From the NCBI GenBank assembly GCA_973895155.1, contig OZ316896.1, positions 21,761,150 to 21,825,149 on the forward strand: a stretch of DNA of 64,000 bases. Direction: 5' to 3'. The position numbers were made by a program, and so were the translations under genes. Positions 53,701-64,000 of the stretch are shown in pieces (position 1 is the first letter of the stretch; each line of letters opens with the position of its first letter). The notes beneath the pieces were generated by a model. It did no database searches. It saw only the letters and a program-made list of their open reading frames with translations, and was not told the origin of the DNA. The DNA is from Marsupella aquatica (lineage: Eukaryota > Plantae > Marchantiophyta).

Positions 53701-55538
53701 AATGGTGAGAATGTCACAGGAAGTGTGGGATCTAACAGAGCTACTTGCTATGTTGGTCTTTGCTGCAGAAAAGTGAGCTTAAAATGAAGGGTTGGCTAGA
53801 TTCACTTTCCGCAGAGTTAACAAGTGATGGATCACCAGCCACGTTGTCGACAGGGGTTTGTGAGAAGTGCAACGGGGCTGGTGGATTTATTTGCAGAGAA
53901 ATACACTCCAGCGGTACACCAAGTGGATTTACCTCCAAGCAGGCAACACCCTCCACTTCAAAACAGGTATGGCCAAACTCCTCTCTGTCTGTCTCTCTCT
54001 CTCTCACTTTAAGCATCGACTTCACTCTCAATTGGCTAATATTTTGGGGTTTCTTGTCAGTCCCCCAAGAGGACACTCCCTGGCCAGAATTCTAGTGCAT
54101 CCCTCTGCATGCCACTCTCTGAGAAATCAGTACTGTATGTGTAGACCTTCATGTATCCCAGAATTGTTTTTTCTGTCTCAGTGGCTGTCCTCTTCCGTCA
54201 TGACAGGAGAGCCCATGGAGTTCAACCCATGACAGGGAACGAGAATGTCCTGGGAGCGCAAATTCCTCAGAGGAGACAAAGAAGAACGTTATTCACAAAA
54301 TTGCAGAAGAGGTTCGAATGGAGACAGAACAGTGGTTCCAGGTTCAAGAACTCCTTGGACGAGTCGGGGAAGACATGAAAAGTTTGCAAGAGGCTTGTAG
54401 TACATGGGAGACGAGAGCGATCCTTGCTGAAGCCCAGGTTGTTAACATGCAACAAGAGGTAAGCATTTTGAGATTCCCTCTTTTTTTACATGGATGAGTC
54501 TTCTGGATTTATCACAAGGGAGCTAGCACCATTTGGTAGAGTCAAACTGGAATCTGGAAAAATTGCGCAAAGGTGCAACTGTTCTATCCATAAGTGTCCT
54601 TGCGAGAGTTCCTGAAGATCTTAAATCAAATTACTTGTCCGTGTCGAACTGGTCGAGTTGCTGTCGTCTGTCCAATGGGTGCCTGTTTTCTGGGCGATTT
54701 ACACTACTGGTTCCTTTGTAACACGCCGTGTTATATAATGCTCTCCATGGTCGATCTTGCAATGTCTGCTGGAGCAGGGGCCGGATAACAAAGAGAAGCC
54801 ATTAGATCTTGGAGATGAAAAAGTTGCAGAGCTACAGAAGGAGATGTTGAGGCTTACGGAAACTGTGGACGAGGTCAAGAAACAGATAGGGGGTATTAAA
54901 ATTGATCCGAGTGGGTGGTTTGAGGTAGCTCACAGGTTTGGCTATGCATTCATGCCTGTAAACCTGCATTCGCCTGATGCCTCTAGTGCATCAGAAAATA
55001 ATTACTGTGTTACACCTGATTCGAGTGAGCAGAGGAGGCAAGGAGTTCTGGCGCCTCCGCAGGACTGTCTCAACCATGTGCTTCAGCTTTAATAGCTGCC
55101 TCCACCGCCAGCTCGATTGAAAAGACCCATGCTGAGAATGAGGTGAGACAAAGATCCCAAATTCCGAGCCAACTGTGGGCAAAAGAGATTGCAAGGGCTG
55201 AGGAGGACGAGATCCTGACAGCTGCAAATGGCAGCGGACCAGTGTTCAAGTTGGAATTCCCACATAGCACCAGCAAAGAGATGTCTTCCGCTAGTGACGG
55301 AAAATTGTTGGGAAACACTGCAACGCTTCTTCAGGAAGAGCTTGGGTTGGAGAGCAGCGACTCTAGAGGAGATATGGTCCTCCATATGCAGGCTTCCATC
55401 AGGGAGAGGTGTACCACTGTCCTTCAACAGGAAGAGCAACTATCAAGATGCTCTAATCTCACCGGGGCCAGGAGGCCGCCCTTGAAGGACGTTTTGGACA
55501 ACATAACCTCATCTAAGGAGAACAAACGGCCTAATTAA
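50717..55538 (+). CDS. Plant-specific uncharacterised coiled-coil ('myosin-like') protein, multi-exon. Good exons: 50717-51859, 52580-53089, 54236-54458, 54778-~54891, ~55033-55538; further uncertain exons near 53367-53530 and 53770-53966
   Basis: Long ORFs bounded by GT/AG. Exons 1 and 2 splice in phase 0. Exon 54236-54458 reads IHKIAEEVRMETEQWFQVQELLGRVGEDMKSLQEACSTWETRA, and exon 1 has QAAHLKAKCGMLAKEKDHALRK. Both resemble a recalled plant family (VRAETEQWSQMQEML; QAEMLRAECNLLRME). Internal splice sites are partly unresolved. Confidence 0.75.
52727..52996 (+). repeat. Coding tandem repeat, 5 x 54 bp (18 aa, PPLEDRVEALKKTSEGRS)
   Basis: Visible directly in the DNA and in ORF 52661..53131. 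Confidence 0.95.
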
Positions 55539-56251
55539 ATTACATTCGGAGATGCAAATGAGACAGAGACCGTATGTTCTGGGAAAGAGGACTGGTTCTC
55601 GTTCTTTGATTCCTTGAAATTCTTTACCATGTGGCTAGAATGTTCCATGTTTTCACGTCAGGCGCATTGGGTCTAGGCCAAAGGAACGCATTTATGCAGT
55701 TCAATCGATGATTGATAGAAGATTCAATTGATACTGAACAGGTGCGACAATGTGTAGTGTTTTCAGAAGATCAAGCTTGTACAGATGGATGGTATGTACC
55801 ATCCGGAGGATTGTTGTAAAGATTTAAAAGTTTGTACACTTCTTTTGGTACACACAAAGTCTCGGTCTGGTCTGTAATTCAGACATGGGCATTCGAAAAC
55901 CTGTCAATTGTGTCACATCAATTGTCCCAGGCTCCGATGTGCATAGCCAATTTGCATGGGAGTGAAGCTCAGAAATATCTGGTTGCGCATTGTAATTGTC
56001 ACAACTTAAAAGCTTTCACTACACTTAAAGATGAAAACCGTAATCGCCATTCTACTGAGCCATTGCTCAACTATGGTTTTGAAGCACCGTTCCCGTAGGT
56101 AAGCAGGTGGAAACGAACTCAGAAACCTCGTCTTCGGATTCGCATTCGGACAACGCTTATTACAGATTGTGCAGAAGATTCTCAGGATCACGCACTGCTG
56201 CTCTGGTGTTATTCATAATTGGTGGAATGCAAAGAATCACGCATGCTATGT

Positions 56252-58339
56252 TCATTTTACGTTCTCGACAGGGGTGGGAGCTCCCGTCCACCCATCTAGA
56301 CATCTCAGCAACGGGGTCGCTAACTTTCCTTCGGTAATGGCGTTATAAACTTTCTCAATATCCTGCCCAGGACACCTTGAATTCGTGCCAACCAGCAATT
56401 TGGTACCCAGGGATCTTACGAAGTTATAGAGTGGGTAGCTGCGGCAATCAGCAATCCTATTCGGTAATGAAGCGATACCACTGTCAAAGCTCTCTCGGAC
56501 AGTCGGCACTGTTGTTTCAAGTTGGGCTTTGACCTCAACCTCGAAACGCATAATCCTCCTCAAGATATCGCGTCCATCATCCCCTTCCTCGTTGTCCATG
56601 GCGTGGGTGACTAAACTTTGCCTAATATTCCGCATCAAAGGGTTAGATCCGTTGGACGGATCGTCAATGTACGTGAATGGAGGCTGGTCATCCACAACCT
56701 TCGCGAGGTTCTTCTCGCAGAAACTGGAGAACAGCTTTTGGCCTTCAGAATCGACGAGAAGAGCTTTCTTTGCAGCCTGCGACACAACCTCCTTCACGCT
56801 GGCCTGCATGATTTCTTCCAGATGCCTGAGATCCACTGCCTGGCAAAGACTGACCAAAAATGTGGACGCCATTAGCCTCAAGACGTCGATGGCTTCTGCA
56901 GTCTTGCGTGCAGCGATGAGTCCCAGCGAATTAACGTCCTGATTGTGTTGCTCCGCGCTCTGCACGTGAGTGGTCACTGGATTGGCCAGATACTGCAGCT
57001 CGGAACAATAGGAAGCCATGGCAATCTCAGCTCCCTTGAGCCCGTAGTCCAGACTGGGATTAGGACCACCAGTGAGGTTGGATGGAAGTCCGTTGTTGTA
57101 AAATTCGTTGACGAGCTCTGACATTTGGGCGAACATAAGCTTGCCCAGAGCTGCAAGGGCGAGGCGCATGTTATCCATAGCCACGCCTATCGGAGTGCCC
57201 TGAAAATTTCCACCCTGGATGGACTTGCTCCTCGAAACGTCTATGATTGGGTTGTCATTGACGGAATTGATTTCCCTCTCGATTGCGTGAGTGGCTGCGC
57301 GGATGACCTCAATTTGCGGTCCCAACCATTGCGGAGCGGTGCGCAAAGCGTATCTGTCCTGCGTAGCCTTCCTCGACGGATCCGCCTCGAGGAGCTTCGC
57401 TGCAGCTGTCATGTAAGAGCTGCCTTCCAACACCCACTCCATGATGGCCGCAGCCTCGATTTGACCCGGATGATGCTTCAGCTTGTGTGTAAGATGATCC
57501 GTGAACACAGGTTTCCCTTGCATGACTTCACAGAAAAACGCTGAAGCGATTTCAGCGAACAGAGTCAGGACATTGGCGTCGTAGCTCACTGTGGACGCCA
57601 GTCCAGAACCTACGGCAGTGCCATTCACGAGAGCGAGCCCTTCCTTGGGCTGTAGCTCGAACGGTTTCGTCAGTCCTACGAGCTTGAGCGCTGCGTCTGC
57701 GTTCAGCTCCTCCCCAGAATCCGTGACGGCGATTGAGTTCGGCCTGCCTATCAACAATCCTGCGATGTAAGCGAGTGGGATGAGGTCTCCCGAAGCAGTG
57801 ATTGTCCCCCTCAGAGGGAGCTTGGGGGTAATGCGTTTGTTCAGAAGCTTCGCCAAGGTCTCAAGAATTTCCCACCGAATGCCGGAGTAGCCCTGCAGAA
57901 GGGTGTTCGTCCTCACCAGGATTGCGGACCTTGTGGTGGAAATGGGGAGAGTGTTGACAGCATCGTTTCCGAGGACACCTGCGTTCAGAAAGCGGATCAG
58001 CTCCTGTTGTAGTTCGGCACCTTGACTGGTCCGGCGATGCGAAGCAGCACCAAAGCCAGCGGCTGTTTTCATGTTGTGGACCACCCAATCGGAGCTCTCG
58101 TCCACTCTCTTCTTTGCAGTAGAAGAGTCCAGCAATACGGTCACATTGGGCTTTCGAGCAACTGCAGCGACCTGTGCAACACTGAGCGTCACTCCCTGAA
58201 TGATCACCTCCTCTGTTTCCTCGAACTCTCGCACCATGTGTTGCACTTCCTCCCAGTGGCTACCTTGCATTGCCCTCGCAGCCCTCGCCCACAACAACGG
58301 ATCCTCGGACAGTCCATTGACCTGTTCTCCCTGTGCCAT
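56252..58339 (-). CDS. PAL: Phenylalanine ammonia-lyase family protein, 695 aa, intronless CDS, lacking the Tyr inner-lid loop
   Basis: Motifs GTITASGDL (MIO), [40 protein letters not shown] and [13 protein letters not shown]. The first ATG is at 58339; the ORF track starts at an upstream TTG. Confidence 0.96.
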   Translation of the reverse strand: MAQGEQVNGLSEDPLLWARAARAMQGSHWEEVQHMVREFEETEEVIIQGVTLSVAQVAAVARKPNVTVLLDSSTAKKRVDESSDWVVHNMKTAAGFGAASHRRTSQGAELQQELIRFLNAGVLGNDAVNTLPISTTRSAILVRTNTLLQGYSGIRWEILETLAKLLNKRITPKLPLRGTITASGDLIPLAYIAGLLIGRPNSIAVTDSGEELNADAALKLVGLTKPFELQPKEGLALVNGTAVGSGLASTVSYDANVLTLFAEIASAFFCEVMQGKPVFTDHLTHKLKHHPGQIEAAAIMEWVLEGSSYMTAAAKLLEADPSRKATQDRYALRTAPQWLGPQIEVIRAATHAIEREINSVNDNPIIDVSRSKSIQGGNFQGTPIGVAMDNMRLALAALGKLMFAQMSELVNEFYNNGLPSNLTGGPNPSLDYGLKGAEIAMASYCSELQYLANPVTTHVQSAEQHNQDVNSLGLIAARKTAEAIDVLRLMASTFLVSLCQAVDLRHLEEIMQASVKEVVSQAAKKALLVDSEGQKLFSSFCEKNLAKVVDDQPPFTYIDDPSNGSNPLMRNIRQSLVTHAMDNEEGDDGRDILRRIMRFEVEVKAQLETTVPTVRESFDSGIASLPNRIADCRSYPLYNFVRSLGTKLLVGTNSRCPGQDIEKVYNAITEGKLATPLLRCLDGWTGAPTPVENVK

Positions 58340-60399
58340 CGCCGTGGTACTCTCGTTCAACTAAGCGATCTGAAATTATACAAAGGCTTCAACAATTTCT
58401 GCTCAGCTATATTTCCAAGCTCTGTCTGAGAATTGGACTACCGTTGGTGATTATCTACGGAAGCACTAAGAGACTTTAGATGTCTGATTGTCTAAACAAG
58501 CTGATTGTTCGAGGACACGATTCATATATGAATCTCACCCGGAATGATGATAATCTGTTTGGGCAAAATATTCTTGACTTGAAGCGATGCAGACATCGCA
58601 TCAACTAAGTATATATCTCGATCAAAACTATGCGACAGTAGCAAATTAGGCAGGTGCAATGAATATCTATAGAATGTGAGCAATTCCAATTGATTGAGAC
58701 TCCGCTAGCTCATGCAATCGAAGCTTCACTTTAAATATGCGGAAGAGCGAGACTCTCTGAAGATTGAATCTATTCGAGTTGTTTGGACCGAACCACTGAT
58801 GACGATGTCTGAAATTAAGCGGTATTGTTTATGTTGTAGCAGGATTACTCGCAACTAAACTAGTAGGACACGAGATGGATCATCAGGTCAGATCGTCCCT
58901 CACTTTACAAATTGAGCAAACACAGTCAATTCTCATCGACAGGGCCCACCTCTGAGGGGAGTTGGTACTGAGGACAACCATGTACAGGGCCCCAACAAAG
59001 TCGTCCTTTTTGTGAAATTTGTGATGGAAAGGAGATCATTATAATTGACCAAGAAGGTGAGAAGGCTGGACCCGATCAACGTCTGTACAGTACTGCAGGT
59101 TGCTCCTTTCTTATGATTTCTTTCTCTCGATTTAGAATCTCCCCTAATTTTGTGTCAAAAACTGAATCTCCTCGGAAGCTCTTGCTCGATCTGACCCTTT
59201 GTATACCTTTTTATGGTTTCTTTCGCCCGATATAGGCAGTGCTCGTATTTCTGCTTCAAAAACAATTCTGCTCTGAAATTCTTGGTCGAATCTGAGCTTT
59301 AATTCCTCGATTGAAAACTTCTCGATCGAAGAACCCCGACAGAGGTACTCGTCTCTCACTAGCCTACTCCATTTTCCAGGCTTGAGATTACGCATAACAT
59401 TACAAGTTTGCAGCTTTGCAATTCTTCGATTTCTTCAAATAATCGATTATGGAGTTCGCTTCGTTCTGGCAGCGTAAATTAGGCTGCGTAAGTGAGGCTG
59501 TCACAAGCTGATCAATTGAACACTTCCGACGTCATCGTTCTCAATTCGGAGATATGACTAGAAGAGCTCTCAAAGTGAATTGGCCAAAGCCGTCGCTGCA
59601 CAGATTGAATATTCAATTGCAGCAATGAAGGTTTTTTATATTGTCTGGAAGGGAAAACTTAAGTGAGAAGTAAAGTATACCAGGATCAACAATGGACATT
59701 CTGACTTGGCAAGCTGTTCACAAGTTGGTACAACGAACCATGGGAGAGTAATGTTAGGATAATTAATTATGAGTGTGAGCTCCAAGCTTTTCAACAACTT
59801 TGGCTGACAGCATTGGTCTGTGGACTGAGCCCAGACTAAACTCCAGGACTCACGTCCTGCTGTGTGCTCCTGGTCATGGTCTTCAAGGTGGGGTTCACAA
59901 GCAGGAGCCATCGCTTTGTTACCAGCTTCTTTTTTAGTGGCAAAAATTAGCCAAATTCCAGCTCCCAAAAAAGCTTTTAGCAACTTTTGGCTAAAATTTA
60001 CTAGTATTTTTCTTTCTCAATAGCCACTGTCCCACCCAGCCCCATTAGCCAGAATCTAAGAGTCATCCTAAACTCTAGGGAGATCCCAACCCCATTAGCC
60101 TCTATCTAAGTGTCATCCTAAACTCCAAAGAGATCTGACAGTCAGGGAAATAATCAAAGAAGGAACATTTTGAGCAACTTCTCTTTCACACACTGGCAAA
60201 AATGTAAAAACCTTTAAAAATAAGCTGCTTTGTTCATTGGAAATGGTCTTCAAGGCGGGCTTCACAAGAAGCTGCCATCACTTTGTATATTGGGAAGAGA
60301 ATAAAGGTTAGTGGTGTGTAACTATTTTTGGAGGTCCATGTTATTTCCATAATCTAGAGGTCTATGCTATTTACAAAATCTAGTGCCCATAAAGTCATA

Positions 60400-60707
60400 C
60401 AGCTTTTTATTAACCTGTCCCCTAAATTACCCAATATTATTAAGTTGTCCCCCATTTTGTATTTGGGTTAGTATTAACTTGTATATGGGTTCCTGTAGCC
60501 AAGTGAGGCCGATGAGGGGGGCCAAGGGGCGCTGCGGTGGGCTCAGACTATCCAGTAGCAACTTGCCACATGGTAATGGGAAACCATATACATGTTAATA
60601 TTAATATTAATTCAAATATGAAATTGGGGACATGTTGATAATTAATTTTGTTTTGGGGGCACCTTAGCAATATTGGGTAATTTGGGGGACAAGTTAATAA
60701 AAAGGTG
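60400..60707. mobile_element. MITE (308 bp) with ~55-bp TIRs and 10-bp TSD TAAAGTCATA (Mutator-like TSD length)
   Basis: CAGCTTTTTATTAACCTGTCCCCTAAATTACCCAATATT matches the reverse complement of the right end. TAAAGTCATA occurs at 60390-60399 and 60708-60717. Confidence 0.85.
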
Positions 60708-60999
60708 TAAAGTCATAATACAGCTTTATTTTGTATTATAATTATGATTGCATGGGCTGGGGTTCTAGCCTGGAAAACCTGCTCCCATAATGCTCAGGTT
60801 ATTGCCAGTCAACTTTTCTTCATTTTCTAGTGATAGGATTAGGATTACCACCTAGTAACCCTGTGTCTAGATCGACTGTCATTATCCCAAGCTTTGGAAT
60901 TTTATCTAAGGTCACATGTGAACCCTATAATTGGTGAATATTGTAGTAGAGAACTAATCTATTATATCTTGGACCCCATCATGAGTGGATAACATTGTT

Positions 61000-62209
61000 G
61001 TCAGGGGTCCTACAAGAAACTAGCCGTACAAGAAACTAGCCCAACTGTGAATAAAGATGAGTAATAAAAAAGTGTCTCTTTGACATGATAGAGTTGTAAG
61101 GTCACAAAGCTAGATGTGTGGGCTCCAACTCCAATAGTGCTCATATGGATCCTGCCTCTTCAGTTCAAGCTTGAAGCCTACAATTGTTGTTCTACAAAGT
61201 AAGATTGAGATTTTTCTTCACTCAACAATGTTGTCTTAAAGTAGCTCACCAAAGTTTATTCAAGTAATCACCATAGTCCTTGACAACAACCGATGGCCAC
61301 CCTAATCCACCAGCTCCTTTCACAAGTGGCCCCTACTCCACCAACTCTCTTCACAATCACCCGTTTTTCAAACACGGCGCAATTTCCACATAGTTACTCC
61401 AGCCCTATCCTTGTTTTCCACCCCCCCCCCCCCCCCCAAAATTAGTGCTGCCTTCTAATTCTCTTCCCACCTTCAAAACCTGCGCAATCTTTCACCAATG
61501 CAACACAAGAACGGAGCCTGTGCTACTCCGCCTAGGAGAAAGTTCACACTCAAATCTTGTACCAAAAATAATAAATTGATCATGATGAGCCCCTGACGAT
61601 TCTCAGTCTCAATCCCAAGGCTCCGATATTAATTGTTGTGAATAAATCTAGATCGAACGAGATAGCATCAACACATGTAAACAATATACACAAATTTCGA
61701 TACTAGAAATATGTCGTTCACCCCGTTTGGGCTAGTCCACGGCCATGATAGCAATCCAGTAATTTGAAACAATTACACACACTCCATAGCCAATGTTGTC
61801 GTGCCAAAATATTTTGGCCCAGGAATGTCCCTTTATAGTGGCTGATGGGCGAGCCTTCGCTGGCCAGTCACGGGTATGCTGACTCAAACAGGTTGCTCGG
61901 TTGGATGAGATCAAAAGTAAAAAAACTAAAGGAGTGAGAGTTCACTCCGAAAAGTGCTTGTCACCTGCTCCAATCACAGCCAGAAATGTGAAGTTTACCC
62001 AAGGAGCCCCTTACTTCTAGTCCTCGCGGCAACATGCTAGAGCTTCTCCTCTCACCCTCTCATTCTCTCTCGTGGAGAATGAACCTTTAAGTGTAAGCAA
62101 AGTTTGTGTTCCCCTTGGGTATACATTTCTCATGGTTTATGGGAACTTGGAACTCAAGCATTGATAGACATGGAGATCTTTCCATGTTTCAATTTCTTCA
62201 CAAACAACA
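61000..62209 (-). mobile_element. Decayed Ty1/copia 5' fragment: LTR (~61634-62209), degenerate tRNA-iMet PBS and gag N-terminus
   Basis: LTR ends TGTTG...CAACA. The adjacent GGCTCCGATATTAAT resembles the reverse PBS GCTCTGATACCA. The minus strand reads ELEGSTNF-(G run)-WKTRI, a copia gag N-terminal-like motif. The left boundary is approximate. Confidence 0.6.
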
Positions 62210-63502
62210 CCTAATTTTTTGGTCACATGACTAAAGTTCTCAATAATGAATTAATTTTTTGAGCGAACCAACTGGTCCATGTGGCAATAACAACTTTAAG
62301 TAGATTGTTATTAAAATGTTCTAATTTACAATAATGCCACTATTTTATTGTACTTACAAATATGTCACTATTTTGTATATAGACAACAAGTTCATCAACA
62401 ACATATACACACGGGGGAACCATGTATGAACAACAAGTGCACTAACTTTGCAGAGAGAACCATAATATAATATATCCAAAACCATGATATATTTGCAAAT
62501 ACAAAAATAACTATGACACTATTTCATTTGGTCAATTTGAGCATTTTTAGTGACAACATAAAAGTTGATGGCAATCAATAAAAGCCTAAGGTAGGATGGG
62601 AGCCGTTTACTCCCAACTTGTACCCCGCATGGAACCTGATGGTGAGTTCTTACTGTGTTAGCTGACGAACAATATCAGTGTGTCCTCCACTTCATTTCCA
62701 TTTCAGCTCAATTCTTCAGCTCCAGTCGAACTCCAGCGAGCAGAATGATGTCGAATTCGAGCGAGCAGATGTCGGCGAGGAGGTCGGCAGAGCAGCCATG
62801 AATCTGCTCTACATCTCCACAACCGGAATCATAATGGAGCCTAGGAGGACAAGAAGGACACGAGGAGTTCTCAAGCCTGGCAGGTACTTGTTGTGCCGTC
62901 CCACCCCTGTTTCCGTTAATCGAATTTTGCTTCAGTGCGAGCAAGGAAGGAGAAATTTCAGACGTCCAGTCGTCCAGTCCAATCTCAGTCTCGATCCAAT
63001 TCGTCGTAGGAGACTGTGTCCTTGCTGAGTGAATTGCGACAGGAGGAAGGAAAATCGGGGTACTGTCAGTCGAGTCTACTTTTAAAATGCCATTGATGTA
63101 CCGATGGAGGGTGAGTTAGCGATGGAATTGCTCAGAATACCATTTGTTTGCGTTCCTCCATTCGAAGCAGATGTGCGTGAGGATTTGGTTTTGAATGTTG
63201 AGCTGAAGTTGACGTCAAATGAATAACTATGCTCGCTGGGGTTGCAGTCTCTATAGCGGTCTGATATCTGTGCGTGACAACAGGGTTAGGGTTTTGGCCT
63301 CCCGAACTGAAGCGAGGTTGTGAATGGACTTTCGACTGTGATCTCAAAATCAGAGGGGGAGGGCTTTTCCAAGAAGAAATTCAGGAAGGTTTGAGTGGGC
63401 CAGGTAGTAGGGTTTTTGGCCGAAGCAGGCCTTCGGACACAGTTGTATGTGTAGAGTAGAGTGGAAATATCGGTGCAGGAATTCTGAGCTTGGTTGGGCA
63501 GA

Positions 63503-64000
63503 ATGGAGCTTAGTGGAATTCTAGCTTGTTTGCTTGTTGTGGTGAGCTTGGTGGGAGGGGCCGCGGTGGAACCGTTTAGGAGGGATGTCGGTCATAAGAA
63601 ATGGCATCATGGCACGTTCGAGGATGTGAGCAGCAAAGTGAAGGCTGAGGCCAGCCATCTACTCCATTCTAGGGCCCGTGTTCCATTTCATGTACCACTC
63701 GAGGTAAATATTGTGCTTGTGGGCTTCAACGGGGAAGGGGGCTACCGATTCTCCATGGATGCTGATGCAATGGAAGAATTCATGAAGAAGACGTTCCCCA
63801 GTCACAGACCGGCATGTCTAGAAACAGGATTGCCTCTGGATATCGAGCATGACATCTACTACACTGTCATTCCCGTTGGCCAAACTGAATTGATCACGTT
63901 TGAGTGGGAGACGAGGCAAATCATGATGAATGCAGGTTTTGCGAGAGAGCACGAATGGGGTCGTGAGATACCTCTTTATGAGGTGGAGGCCACTCTCTTG
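63503..64000 (+). CDS. 5' partial CDS of an At4g16180-like (KNS3/SPOT1-family) secretory-pathway protein with a signal peptide
   Basis: 166 uninterrupted codons: MELSGILACLLVVVSLVGGAA-VEPFRRDVGHKKWHHGTF..LHSRARVPFHVPLEVNIVLVGFNGEGGYRF..HRPACLETGLPLDIEH. It is missing from the ORF track because it has no stop in the window. A telo-box TAGGGTTT lies at ~63287. Confidence 0.85.
   Translation, partial: MELSGILACLLVVVSLVGGAAVEPFRRDVGHKKWHHGTFEDVSSKVKAEASHLLHSRARVPFHVPLEVNIVLVGFNGEGGYRFSMDADAMEEFMKKTFPSHRPACLETGLPLDIEHDIYYTVIPVGQTELITFEWETRQIMMNAGFAREHEWGREIPLYEVEATLL

Noticed and set aside
29209-58339. Methyltransferase-like gene plus PAL as a biosynthetic gene cluster
   Set aside because: They are ~26 kb apart, separated by TE debris and an unrelated gene, with no other pathway enzymes in the window.
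56529-58429. Plus-strand ORFs inside PAL
   Set aside because: Antisense shadow frames.

Overview
Eukaryotic land-plant nuclear DNA with spliceosomal GT-AG introns. The sequences suggest a non-seed plant such as a bryophyte or lycophyte, but this is inference. Five protein genes are supportable: ribosomal protein eL22/RPL22 (2 exons), a DUF1442 SAM-methyltransferase-like gene (2 exons), a multi-exon plant coiled-coil gene with an 18-aa tandem repeat and C-terminal D-box/KEN motifs, an intronless phenylalanine ammonia-lyase (PAL) on the minus strand, and the 5' end of an At4g16180-like (KNS3-family) gene running off the window. The rest is transposon debris and tandem repeats. Three things stand out. 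(1) The PAL ORF is intact and keeps the MIO triad but lacks the inner-lid loop carrying the catalytic tyrosine. (2) A 1349-nt stretch upstream of the DUF1442 gene has no plus-strand ATG. (3) Two ~1.5-kb solo-LTR-like elements with non-canonical AGT...ACT ends are nested in opposite orientation, each with a perfect 5-bp TSD. Family assignments come from recalled motifs, not database searches.
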